Below are positions 25,301 to 37,833 of a stretch of DNA of 64,000 bases, one piece after another. The DNA comes from Fimbriosthenelais zetlandica (Eukaryota). The notes below the pieces were generated by a model that ran no database searches, was not told where the DNA came from, and worked only from the letters and a program-made list of their open reading frames with translations. The stretch spans positions 9,238,001 through 9,302,000 of the forward strand of contig OZ365115.1 in NCBI GenBank assembly GCA_977030845.1, given 5' to 3'. The number at the start of each line of letters is the position of its first letter. Position 1 is the first letter of the stretch. The position numbers were made by a program, and so were the translations under genes.

Positions 25301-28300
25301 CGGACACACACGTCGATACGCTCTTCGATTTGCCCCACATACCACTCCAATGCTAACTCGCCCATATCGAATCCTTCTCGCCTCCCCCTTTCCACCCCGG
25401 TGTCCCATCTTTTCGCGAACATTCTAGATGGGGTGGCGGGGGACAAGAGCCTAGGTTAGATTATACAGGTCAATATTATAGACCTTTGTCTCCCTGCCAC
25501 TTGCCACCCTGACCCCACCTTGTCAATGGGTGGTAATGATTAGGTTAATACAAGGCCATGGAAAATTAGGCCAGGCTATGGATTACCGATAAGCCGAGCG
25601 TGCAAACCACTGTCAGCCTAGCTAACATTATAGACGAGTCGATGGCAAGTTTAGACTAAATTGGACTCTATATAGGCCTGGTGTCCATTTCTAGAGTGTT
25701 TCTGAGAAATAAGCAATGCTTTCTTTTTGAAAAGCAGCATATACTTTGATCGAACAGTGTGGCCATTCGAAAGTTCTGAAAAACTTTCATTTCCAAACCA
25801 ATGTGTAACACATTGCGCTGTAGGCAATAGAACAGATTGGTGTTTTTCTCAAGCCTCGCATTGTCGAATCGGGTGCCCATGTTACACGATTCAAGGAGCA
25901 CCATTATGTCATTCATCTAATAATACATGCATTCTGATCAATATTTACTTATCAAAATCTCTTGTCCTTTTTATTTGCTAACTGAAAATTCACACCTGAG
26001 CCATTGGCCTGGAGCTGACAATATGTGTAAACATAATTACTCGGTTCTCTAATGATGAGTCATGGATTGGGGTGGAGTGGGCCGGGGTTAGCTAGTGCTG
26101 GTGGGCAGGCCTTGAACATTAAGTTGATTTAGGTGTAGAGTGTATGAACTGTTGTAGCTCTTGCCTTGCTCCGTGTTTGGAGCGGTGTTTGTTGATGGCT
26201 GAGCCAGGCGTCCCCACCTGGAAAGACGATATGACGGCCAACACTGATACGTGGATAATTGGCCAGCGTTCATGCCACACACGGGCTCTACCTGCTGACG
26301 TGCACTGATGACAACCACCATGACGCCAGGTGAAAACAGGCAACGTCTAGATCTACCACTGTACGGACCGCAAAGAGAGAGAGACAATCCCCCCTTTCTA
26401 GAAGCAAGGCCAAACGGGAGGGACTTGGGAATAGAACCAGATGCATGGGGCATCCTGTTACAGGGGCAAACAATCCGGCGACAATGGCCGATCTGCGGGC
26501 TTCTGTTATTGGAGGCAAGCTCGGCAAACTGGATCAGTCTCCCTGCATATTGTCTGTCTTTTGTTACCATGGACACGGGCCGAAGTAATCCTTGAAATAC
26601 GAAATTAATATCTGGCGCATGGAAAGAGAAACCGGCGACGAGCGTGTTTTATCACCCGAGGTGTGAGCGTATAAATACCTCCATGATTGCCTCCATATCA
26701 GATGCGCTTCTCAGCCAGATAAATCTCCAACACACAACATCAACTTTTTAAATCTAATTATTTATTCCATTTAGTTCAGTGGCTTCCACAGTGACAAACA
26801 TTTCATGGTGGCGGCAACAACATCAATCTTCATCAGCAGGATGCTTAACATATGTACCCAATGTCTGAGCTGAATTCAATCCCTATAACAAAGCCAAAAA
26901 AATGTCTTTTATGCTTGTTATGTTGGGGGAGTTGGAGGCGGCAAGGGGTTTTGCTTTACATGCTTCATCTGTCTAAAGGTCAATAAGGGCCATGTCTGTA
27001 AAAAGCCCGGATGTAAACGCTCCCACTTTTTTAAAGCGATCATGCGAACTATCCAATTTTTTAGATGGGCTTCCGCCGTGCGCGGCGCTGGCTTGGCCTT
27101 CTTCTGCGGTGTCTACAAAGTTCCTTAACTCCTGCTGCATTTCTCAAATTGCTGCCCGATCAATCCCGCTTTCATAACCTGCCCTCCTGCCTCCCCCTTC
27201 TGACGCGACTCAGATGTAAATCCGTCTGTGGCCCTGTTTCGCATGGGCTTCATCGCGTCCGAAAGCTCCGTTATGAAATTAAAATCTCAGCAAATGGACA
27301 GCCCCCTGGGTGCACGAGTCCATTTCATGCGGGTCCGCAGCCTCCCAAGACACCATCTTGTGGTTATCTGATTGGGCGGAGGGATAGAGAAGAACAATGC
27401 TCTCAGAGAGTGGCTGTCTGCCATTCTTACCCGCCCTCCTCCCAGCTCACAGTGGGGTAAGACTCTTGGCTAAGACAAGGCGACCTCTGAGTGTACAGCC
27501 TTTCAAAGCGTTCATCCTTGCATGACTCGTGCTTACCAACTCCTGCAGGCTCAAAGTTAAACCTGTGCTTCATTCCTGTAACCATGCCAACCCACATGCC
27601 CATACATCTCCTCTGGTCCCGGGAGAGACAACTTCAAATACGCACGGCCCTTCTTCTGCTGCCCGCGCCCACCGCGTCTATCACAGAGGGGCAATTAAAC
27701 AATCTCTCTTCTTGTGCTTCCTACCAAATGTAACTATGGCAATGCTCCCCGTGCGATTTACACACCAGGGAAAGGACAGCCGAGGAAATGGCCCTTTCTT
27801 CCGCAGGACAAATCTCTAAAAGGCCCTTCACACGCACGATCAAATGGCCCTCCTCGGGAGGCTCCTTACCTGAGGGCCTCTACAATACACTCACACTCTT
27901 TTTTCCACCTCACTTTTCTCAGCCCGGCGATAGTTTTAAATCATCCTCGAGCTGTTTATCTCACTCCCTCTATGCTCATCGCCCTCTGGGGCCAACTATT
28001 TTATAAATACCCCATAAGGCTTCCATCCATCTAGCCCCTCTCTCCCCCTCTACCCAACCATACCCTCTCTCGCCAAGCCTCTATTTGTTCTCACCAACTT
28101 TTTTGCGTCTCTTTCTCACATCATTGCTTCACAATACAATCAACCCTGTGGGGCTTCCTCAACTCTTTCCAGACTGGCAAAGATTTCAATCCCCACACTT
28201 TTTTTAATCACAGGCCCGGTAATTATTCTCCCCCATCCCCCATCTACCCTTACCCAGTTGCAGCTGTTGAGAAGTGGCAGGATAGAACCAGAGGGGAAGA

Positions 28301-31300
28301 AATCCATGTATTGGATTCACCCACTGACACATTTTCACTGGATCCATCCTCCTCCTCCCTCACACTAACAACAACGGAGTCCTCGCTCGATACAAAAATC
28401 ATTGTTTTGGACCAATACTTGTGCACTCTGTTGACATGAGTACCAATAAGACAACACAAATAGTGTCGCGGCATGACCATGCCACTTAATTCGATTCGGC
28501 CATTGATTGGCCGCGCCTCTCGATCGAGGTGCTCCCGGGGAGAGGAGCTGCTCCTCCGCCGATAGACTGTAGCAGCCAGACGCTGTGATAACGATCGTTG
28601 AGCAGCCAGTGTGTACACTTTTTATCCACCTATACCTCCACACACACCCAGATCCATGAATAAGACAGCCCAACGTCTCTCCAAAGACTTAAATGGAATT
28701 TCCATAGACTCTTCACGACTAATATTCTTGTGATAATTTCCCCTGTTTTGAGTATCAAGATATAATATATAAAGATAAATTACCTATTCATATCTACAAC
28801 TGATAAGATTCCAAAATGTTCCTTCATACATTCCATATTTGGATCCAAGAAACATACAGAAAACATGGTGGTATGAATGGTTGGTATCTGACAGCCAACT
28901 CCGAACCTGACAAGATAAGGACTCATCTGAGACTTGGGCTGTGGCCACGGGTCAAGCTAGGAGGAGATAGGAGCATCGGGGGCACTGATGCCAATACACG
29001 AGCCGCGTTATATATGTGTAGGACTACAATATGACATTACATGTATACTATGCATATGACAGTATACACAAGTCCAATGACACAGTAAAGTAAAGAAACA
29101 TTGTATGGTTGTAAAGAAACCATCAAGATATTTGTGCCAGTGCAAGAGACAAAATTGATACATATAGGTAGTAATTTATATCATAGTTCTAAGACAATTT
29201 CAATTTTGTCTCTTATGGAAAATATTTTTCATATGCTTAATCATCTCGTCACTCAAGTCAGTAAATATTTAAAACACATGGGCTTTTCACACCCTAGAGA
29301 GGACGATTAGCCTAAATATTGCCTACAAGTGATGCAGGTCTAAGCATTATTTAATCCCTTCATAAAAAATCAATGCCATGTTTAAAACATGAAGCGCCAG
29401 TGATTATGAGTTTTTACGCCTGGCCCATATTTTCTCTATCATCCTGGAGATTTGATTGATCGCAGTCTCTAATCAACACATATTCACCTCAGCTAACTGT
29501 AGGTAATGCTCAAATCCTCTAGGCTTTTAACCACACACACAGAGGCGAGAATGTCGTTAATATCCTTATGTTTGCTCAGAGATCCTGTCTCCTGCCTTAC
29601 AGATTAAGAATAATACCAAATCCAAACTCCAGGACCCTGTCTCTGTCCACCAACTTCGCAGAATCACTAAGAGATTTCTTATATACTACCACAACTTTAG
29701 TTTTCTGCCACAATTCTTAGCCTCACTTGAAATTCAATTCACTTCCTGTTGCGCCTGCGCACTGCATGCACAAGAGACAGTTGAAGGTCATCGATTGGGA
29801 GGAAAACAGGGTTTGAATTTCCTTTCCAAATCAAGTCCAACTTGAAATCTTACAGTAAATGGGGGTTTCACTATGCCTTTAACCCATGCGAACACAATGG
29901 GAAGGTATATGGCTTTTAATATTGAGAAACATTTCCACATTACTGCGAAGGATGAGGACATTTTTTCTTATTTTCTTTTTACATAGGGCGAGGCTTCAGG
30001 AATTCCAACTTTAATGCACACAGAAGTATAATGAATGACCCTAAAACGCGTCTAGAACTTATAATGCCGTTGACGAAGAGCCCTGTTGACAATTTTATTG
30101 CCAATTTGGAGCCAGCGTGTTTGGAAAATGTGCGGCGGGCAGGATGAGACGGGGGAGAGGGTGAGCTGGGGGCGAGAGAGGAGTGATTAAGCGTTCAGCA
30201 AGCAGGCCCAAGGCCAGCACTAACAACTTGATGAGAGGGACATCCACAGTCAGGTCAAGGAAACAAGGCCAGCAATGAAAGAATCCACAGTCAAGGCTTT
30301 TTGTTGCCTTCCCCACTTTCTAATGAATCTAAACCTAAAAGAAAAACTTCATGTGTTTAACATCCTAGATGATGTCGTGTTCTGAAAGGAATAGCACTTT
30401 CTGTACTATCTCGGTTGCCATTGCATTTTTTCATCTAACCTTTGTGAACTGCAGGCTTATTTTAAGCCAGGATACATTGCTGGTTCATATAGGGTTTGCC
30501 ACACAAAAGACATGGATGGTAAATTGTTAGAGACTTATATGGGTATGATGAATAGGAAAGGTACCACATCAAAGGTGTACCTGATGTACACACAGATGTA
30601 GATATGAAGATAACCACATAAAGAAACCAGAAACTATCCATCAACATCTTTAATGCGAACACTGGTATAGAGGCTGCAGATAACATTAGTAATGTGGGTG
30701 AGTTATCTGCCAAGATGTAATCAGATTCTGAAATCCCAAGTTATTTTGAGCATTTGATTGACAAAGTAACAATGCTGAAATAGCTAATTCCCAAAGCCTA
30801 TATTTCAGATTTCACTAAGGTTCTCTTCTCTGCCACTGGACCACAATCTAGGAGACAAAGGTAAGTGGGTGCCAGCACCCCTAGTGCCGCTTGATTACCA
30901 CCAAAGATGCTGGCTTTTCACCCACAGACGCCATTGCTGCTAATGGCGCCAAAAGAACCTTCCGGTGGGTCATACCAGACGACATTGGTACCTTGGCTCA
31001 AAGTCCTTCAGTGTCAGCCTCTGAGACCCAGAGGGTCTGTGGAAGCACACTAATTAGGTGAACTTCACACTTCTCAAAGCTACTCTGAGGGGAAAAGAGG
31101 TTTCTCTGGCTGTGTTTGTACTCGCTGTGGAAACCGAGAAGGATTTTCTGACCAAACCCCATGGGCAACACCATCAAAAGCGTGATGCCATCTACACAAC
31201 TCCCTCTGATGTGGGACTATTGAATAAATTGGCTGCTTCATGGGGTTAGGATCATTGAAACGTACACCGAAAGCACCTAATAACCGAAAATACATGTAAT

Positions 31301-33514
31301 AGTGCATTTATTAAGGTTGGAAGTGCTGAAATTAGCTGTCACACACAAAATACAGACCCATAACCTTGGGAGATTAGCTCAAGTAGGGTTTAGTTGCACA
31401 GCCCCTTCCACCTGTCACCTTGCACTGTTATTAATGGCCAATCAAGCAATCTCCTCATAGTCAACACAAAGGTAACAAGCCGGTAGATAACCTCCTGCCG
31501 ACCGCTTTAACGGTAAGAGGTGACAAGGGAACAATTCATATCAGCCTCCGAGCCGCAAGAACGCCACCAGGCGACCGGCGTGTAATGTGATTGTTGCCGT
31601 GTAATTTACCAGTGGGCTGAATAGGATTGGCATGAATGGCCAAATGGTTTATACAGGTCCCAATGAAGGCCGGTCATTTACGCTGATTTCTGAAGTAATT
31701 CTGAGTCTTTTGGGATAAATTTGCTCACATTTGAGGTTATCATCAAGGAACAGACTCAATTCAATGATAAACTCTTTGCATTTATATCAGGCCTGATATA
31801 TTGCGTAATGCAATAGATGCGGCACCTTCATTTCAAATGTAGCTTGCGCATCATAGATGATACTTTTGGCATCTCGCATACCTGAATCTTGTCCTCCCAA
31901 AGCTTTGAAATACGGCCTCAGTCTCTAATCACCAATTTCAATATCACATCAGTCTGTCCATCGAATCCTATTAATGACTCTGAACTGGTATCATGGAAAC
32001 CACAAATGGAAGGGGGACGCTTATTGATTGGGACGATCAGGGGTGAGGATATGAGGCCACATGCTGCATGTTGGTGGAGAGGGTCAGCAAGCCTTGACAC
32101 CTCACACTGTGAGTGACTTATTATCATGTCATTGATCTAACTCATACTCTTCATCCCCCAACTAATAAGGCATTTATTGAAACAGCAGCCAGCGTCAATG
32201 CCAATGACTTTCAATTCACTCCGACCGAAGGTGCTATCCATGTAAATTGTCAAAATGATCTCTTTCACATTCAGCAATTATTATGGTTGGTATTTGTCTA
32301 ATTTACCTCTATATAAAAAGAATAGGGCTTTTTTTGATAATTATGTATCTGAGATACAATGACGTTGCTGTGACGTAGAACACCAATGCAACCAACCAAC
32401 CGTCCGACCAACAAATTTCCAGGAACAGAATACAATGAATATTATATATCATACATGTATACAAGATACATTATGCAAATGAAACTAGCCATAAAAGTAT
32501 GACGCTATACCATCTGTGTTATCTCATTGCTTGCAAACACAGGTCTACTTTTTGTGATGAATATGAATAATATATTTTGTGCACAGCTGACGGTCCACTC
32601 TTTCCTAAACCAATATACCTGGGGGAGGTCTCAGGTTTAACCCCCTACTCCCCAGGCCACTGCCTATCACTTGGCCTAAGTGTGAGAGAGGTGAAGGGCT
32701 ATTGTCCCAAAGCTGTGTGCCGTGCGCTCAAGAGCTCTTGTCACCTCACGGGTTCTTGCTCCTTCACCGCACCTCCGTGTGACGTCACAAGGCACACGTC
32801 ACAGCGTGATGTCGTTCCAACGTTCTTCCATCTTTTACACACACTAAGGGATAAAGGGGACAGGAAGAAAAAGGTTCCGACGTCGGCAATCACACAAAAA
32901 CAGACGTCCCTACGTCACCGAGCCGTTCTCTCCAGGCGATGTGTTCCCAACCCCATTCTCTTCTCATTGTGCGCGGCGCCTTTTTTAAACGTCATGATCT
33001 TGTGTTTGCAAAGTGTGCTTAGTTTTTTCATTCAGTGTGTGGCAAAGGAAGCAATATTGCGTTTTTCAACGCTTGCTGGGGATTGAAATTCAACACGAAT
33101 GTATGCGTACAGTCAGTTATGATTATGATGACAATATTTCTGGAACTGACTGAATTTCAGCATCCCAAATTGGAATGCTTGTTCACCTGGAAAAGGGTTT
33201 CAATGAACTAGTTTTCAAACTGTACAATACAATATCTGTTTAGAAAACTGCTGTTCAGGCGTTCAGCTCCATGACTCACCATAAAGGGAGGATCAGCAGT
33301 GTCACTGTCTATTCACGCTAGCCATATAAAACAGCATAAAGCAACAACAATGTAAAACAAAGCATCGTTCATAATCAGCATCAAGCTCAAAAACCAGCAA
33401 ACACCAGTGTTGAGGCGCTCTGCGAATACGAGTAAAACACACGGAGGTGTTTTTGTTATTTTCTTGTTTTTGTTGCGCTGTGAACATTCAGAACCGAGAG
33501 AGTGAATGTGGAAT

Positions 33515-33540
33515 GAGAGAGAGAGGAGAGAGAGAGAGAG
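33515..33540 (+). repeat. Interrupted (GA)n microsatellite
   Basis: gagagagagaggagagagagagagag. Confidence 0.85.
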
Positions 33541-34626
33541 GTGGGTGGCAATGGTGATGATGGTTAAGGGAGGAGAGTAGGGAGGAGGGGGCCTGGTATA
33601 ATTTGAAGGCCGTTATTTGGTCCTAATTGCCATTTGTGCCTGGTAATCCCCGCCCCGGCCACGGCCATTAGCCAGAGATCAGACCCAGCCTCGCTGGCGG
33701 TGCGAGCCCGGGCAAGGTGAGCGCCAGATCCTGCCTGGCTGGAAATTAAGGACGGGAATGAGAAAACGCCGCTGCTGTATACAATTGTATTGTTGCTGCA
33801 GGTCAGTAGTTATGTCTCAAATGGGAGATTTTAGATTGTCATAACTGTATCTAGACTCTACAAGCAACTGCCTTGCTCAAGCTTAATAAGGAAGCGACTG
33901 TCTGTTTTTCGAAGCGCTTTATACTTGGAAAAATGGTTCTTGAATATCGAACCAAAAATGGTTATTGAATGTTGAACCAGTATGCACAAACACATAAGGA
34001 ATGAAGCAAGAGAAACCAATGTAACAGCCAGAAATTACTTGGGGGTAGAAATGGAAATAAAACGTAAACTGTATATCAAGGGGAAGAACATCATCAACTG
34101 GAGTGAGACGAAGCTGCAGGAATAGAAACTTTGTAGGTAAGAAAGCCAAGAAAAGCTTAGCTGGAAAAAGTAGGAAGCTAAGCAATGGAAAAACAGAAAA
34201 GCAGCAGGATCAAGGGAGCAGGGGAAGGTAGTAGGTGGAGGAAGAGGAGGAGCAGGAGGAGTAGGAATGTTGCGACAGCCTTGCCTCCAGCTGGAGATCT
34301 TCCCACAGGAGGATTTGAGAGTGTGTGAGCATGTATTTGTAACCCGCTCAAATCCCACCACCCGAACCATCCCCCCCAACGCTTCCACCACCACACTCAG
34401 ATCTTCTAGCGGATAAACCCAGGCTTCCATCCAGCCACAGAGATCCCCTCCTCTACCCGGTACACTGGAGGCAGGCCAGTATACCATAGACTGGTATAAA
34501 CCCAGCTTCTACCACCACCTTTATACCAGTGGTACACATGTGGTGTTAAAAAAGATGCTTGACTACTTTCATCAAAGGGACTATAGCGCATAGACGAACT
34601 GATGCTTGTATTTAGAAGCAAGGACT

Positions 34627-34906
34627 TAATCCATTAATCTACGATCATCAGGAATCTTTAATCCATACCGGTAATACAAGCTAAACACTCCTCCAGAGCG
34701 TTGGGATTAAACAACCAGGGTACTATGTTTACTTATATTAAACCTGTAATGCCAGTTATAATCGTGCCATCTAATCCATCCATTGCATATCTCAGCACAA
34801 TGAATCCTTTGCTCATGCTGTTCCATAGGGAAAGCAACTTTTTGTGTAAAGGCTGATAAACCTCAAGGTATATAAGAATACGTGTAGGCTATTGGGAGCT
34901 GGATTA
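34627..34906. promoter_or_regulatory. Homotypic cluster of TAATCC/GGATTA (K50 homeodomain: Otx/Pitx/Gsc-type) sites; candidate enhancer
   Basis: Exact hexamers at 34627, 34659, 34704(-), 34772 and 34901(-), plus TAATCT at 34635 and ACAAT at 34797. Confidence 0.55.
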
Positions 34907-35982
34907 ATACAACAGTAGTTAATTCCATACGTGTTTTGGTAACTTTATTCAGTCTATATAAGTCTATAAATACATAGTCATGTTTAGGCCCCGGAATTAT
35001 GTAAGTATTTTTCACCAAACTCGTTTGAATATGAACCAAAACTAGGACTCATATTTCGCAGTGTTTTAAATCTCATCAATTATTCAAATCAAGGTGAGCC
35101 CCCAGTGAAACCAAAGCGAGGTAGGTGGCGCGGTTGGCGGTTGAGGCAGGAGAGTGGACCTTAATCCAAACTGGCGCATGTTGCATAATTCTATTGAGAG
35201 GAGACCACATGCTGGCTTCAACCAATCACGGCAAGCCCCACTCCCCACATCTCCCTTACCGCCTTCAATTTCAATCCTTTCACCCAGTCCTCCGTTTATA
35301 CCAAGCCCTGTTCTGTACTTTTGATCATTTAATTCCACAAGTTGGGCCTTTTCAAACGGGAAATTACCAGCTACCTTTGATTTGTTCCCTTTGAGACACT
35401 TTCTTTACTTGCAGGCATTGTCGTCGGCTCGTTTCGCGGCCCTTTTTTGTGGCGAGGCGGACAATTGTCGTCTGGTAATGACACCGCGATCCACTATGAC
35501 TGTTTCACTATCCATCATGTCAAAATCAACTATAAAGCCGAGCAGGTTAACCAAGCATGAAGGCCGAGGTGTAAACGAGATGGAAATGATAAGTGAAACA
35601 GATTTTCTACGGGGGAAGGGTGAATGTGGAAAAGGCTGCTGTGAATGGAACATGCAATGCCATTTGCACGAAGATGTGCATACACGCATGGCAGGGACCC
35701 TTACACCCTGGAATCTGCTTTGTTTTCAGCATATTGCATCAGGGAATAAAGTGGGGCAAAGACAAGAGAGAGAAAAATGTGATTAGATCAAAAATGAGGG
35801 GCAGACGGTTGGTTAAGTGCAAGATTTCTAAGCTGTTGGTGCATCTTGAAAGACTAAATTAACGCTTTAAAAGTATGAAACCACAGAAGAAAATCATAGG
35901 AGTTGAGATAATTCTGACTTGCAAATAGATTCGGGAGTGAAAGCCATTGAGAAATCTATATTGTAAGTCTCTAAAACAAATA

Positions 35983-36107
35983 TTACCTGACACTCAGGCT
36001 ACCTTCTATATACTACTTGGTCATAGTAGTATATGGAAATGCATGATTGATGCAGGAATGCCATGAACAAATAACATGCAAACGAATGCATTTCTCACTA
36101 AGAACAG
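35983..36107 (+). repeat. Left arm of a ~125-bp inverted repeat pair
   Basis: Reverse-complement match to 37708-37833, including a 53-bp perfect stretch (35999-36051) and only scattered mismatches elsewhere. Contains an internal hairpin TATACTAC-ttggtcata-GTAGTATA. Confidence 0.92.
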
Positions 36108-37707
36108 TATAAAATACTTCAGGTGCAGTAAAACCTATGTGAAAGTTTGCTTCAACAGTGGAGTAACGTTACTACGTACACTAAATCCAAATCTTTTCCT
36201 CCATACCTCCCGATACCCATCTCTATCCCACCCCAGCCCTACCCTCTAACTCTCGCCCATGCACCTTTCAATTAGGCTCTCCCCACCACCAGTGATTATC
36301 TGAGTTTTTTTCAATATCAGATAAGTCTGACGGACCTCGGAGAAAGCATGTAGTTAGTGTGAGTGTAGGCCCAGAGGTAGCAGGGGTCTGATCCGGGTGG
36401 GGATCAAGCCTGGGTCGGTGACGTCATTATGGGCCCGCTAATTAGTCCATCATGGCCTCCATAATCAATACCCTCTCTATGTGACACCAGTCCCAAAACA
36501 CATCCCCACCCCCTTACTGCAAAGACCCCCGTCCGCTCTAAATCCCCAGCCCCATTCTTCAGGCATATTCTCCTTTTCGGCAGGGCGCACTATGTGGATG
36601 ATCCCAGTTCTGTGGGATCATGTGAACTTGGAAAGTGATAATCAGAGGTGGTCGCATCATTTTTATAATTGGAGGCCTGGGGTACTGGCTCCCAAGGTCT
36701 TGGCGTGTGTGTGTGTGGGAGAGAGAGGGGGTGGGCAGGGTGAATGGTTTACAGGCACATGGCGGTGTTAGGGTGGGGTCCTCCGGAGGGGTCGGGATTA
36801 TTGCTATTGATCGACGTGGAAATCTGGATTTAAGGGCGGAGAGGGAAGGAAGAGGGGATTCAGCCTCCTTGGTTATGGGATAAAGAAGTACAGGTGGGGT
36901 TAAGAGATGGTGCTCTTATTAAGGGAACAGGACTGGATGTTTAATTCCACCCTCGCAATTGGAAAAAAAGGATCTCCTCAGTAAAGAAGAAATCGTTAGA
37001 TGAAAGCATTTCTAAAGTAAAATTGGATGCACTAAATTAAATTAAGTTTCTGGGATTTCAAGCCGTATACGTTTCCATGAATGTGGTGAAAAGATGCACG
37101 ATGTACAGGGATCATGATGATTGTAATTGAATGTAACTGTTTAAAAGCGGATGAGGCAGCTGGGTTCCCGCGGGCGGCCGCCCTGCATGGCTCACGGGAG
37201 GAGAAGCGCCGGCTTCCGTCAGCTTTCAATTTGAGGTCGGTTCCCGTCGGTAAAAGTAACCTAACACCTTTAATAGGAAATCCCCTAAAAAAATTATGCA
37301 ACCTGTGTTATTCACTATGTGAATACTTATGGCGATTATAATTAAATAAATTTAAAAGCATTTCTATAATTATTTGCATGGAAAACCTTTCAACATCGGC
37401 AGAGTCGAGAGGAGAAGGAAAAATGTGTAAAATGTTTGGTAAAAGGAGGAAAATAATGAGGTTCTGTGCGGACTAGCGGGGGGCAATGAAGCGTGAAGGG
37501 ACAGGGAGCATGTGGACTTTGTGTCCAGGAGAATAGATGCTCCCAGCCGGATTAACGGCTGCAGTGACCGGATAATCTCTCCCCTGGCTTCCCCACCACC
37601 TCCTCCTCCTTCTCCACTGGCCATCCATTCCCTCGACTATATATTCTATAATATGTTATACAGTCACACAAATATTCAATAGAAAAAACAGAGGTGTGTT
37701 ATACTAG

Positions 37708-37833
37708 CTGTTCCTAGTGAGAAATGCAGTCATTTGCATGTTATTTGATCATGGCTTTCCTGAATCAATCATGCATTTCCATATACTACTATGACCAAGT
37801 AGTATATAGAAGGTAGGCTGTGCGTCAGGGTAA
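37708..37833 (-). repeat. Right arm of a ~125-bp inverted repeat pair
   Basis: Reverse complement reads ...ctaccttctatatactacttggtcatagtagtatatggaaatgcatgattgattcaggaaagccatgatcaaataacatgcaaatgactgcatttctcactaggaacag, matching 35999-36107. Confidence 0.92.

Noticed and set aside
31783-31800. 18-bp perfect palindrome TATATCAGGCCTGATATA (also 14-bp AACGTACGTACGTT at 53178-53191 and the 8-bp-arm hairpin at 21896-21914)
   Set aside because: Roughly the number expected by chance in 64 kb; no other support.
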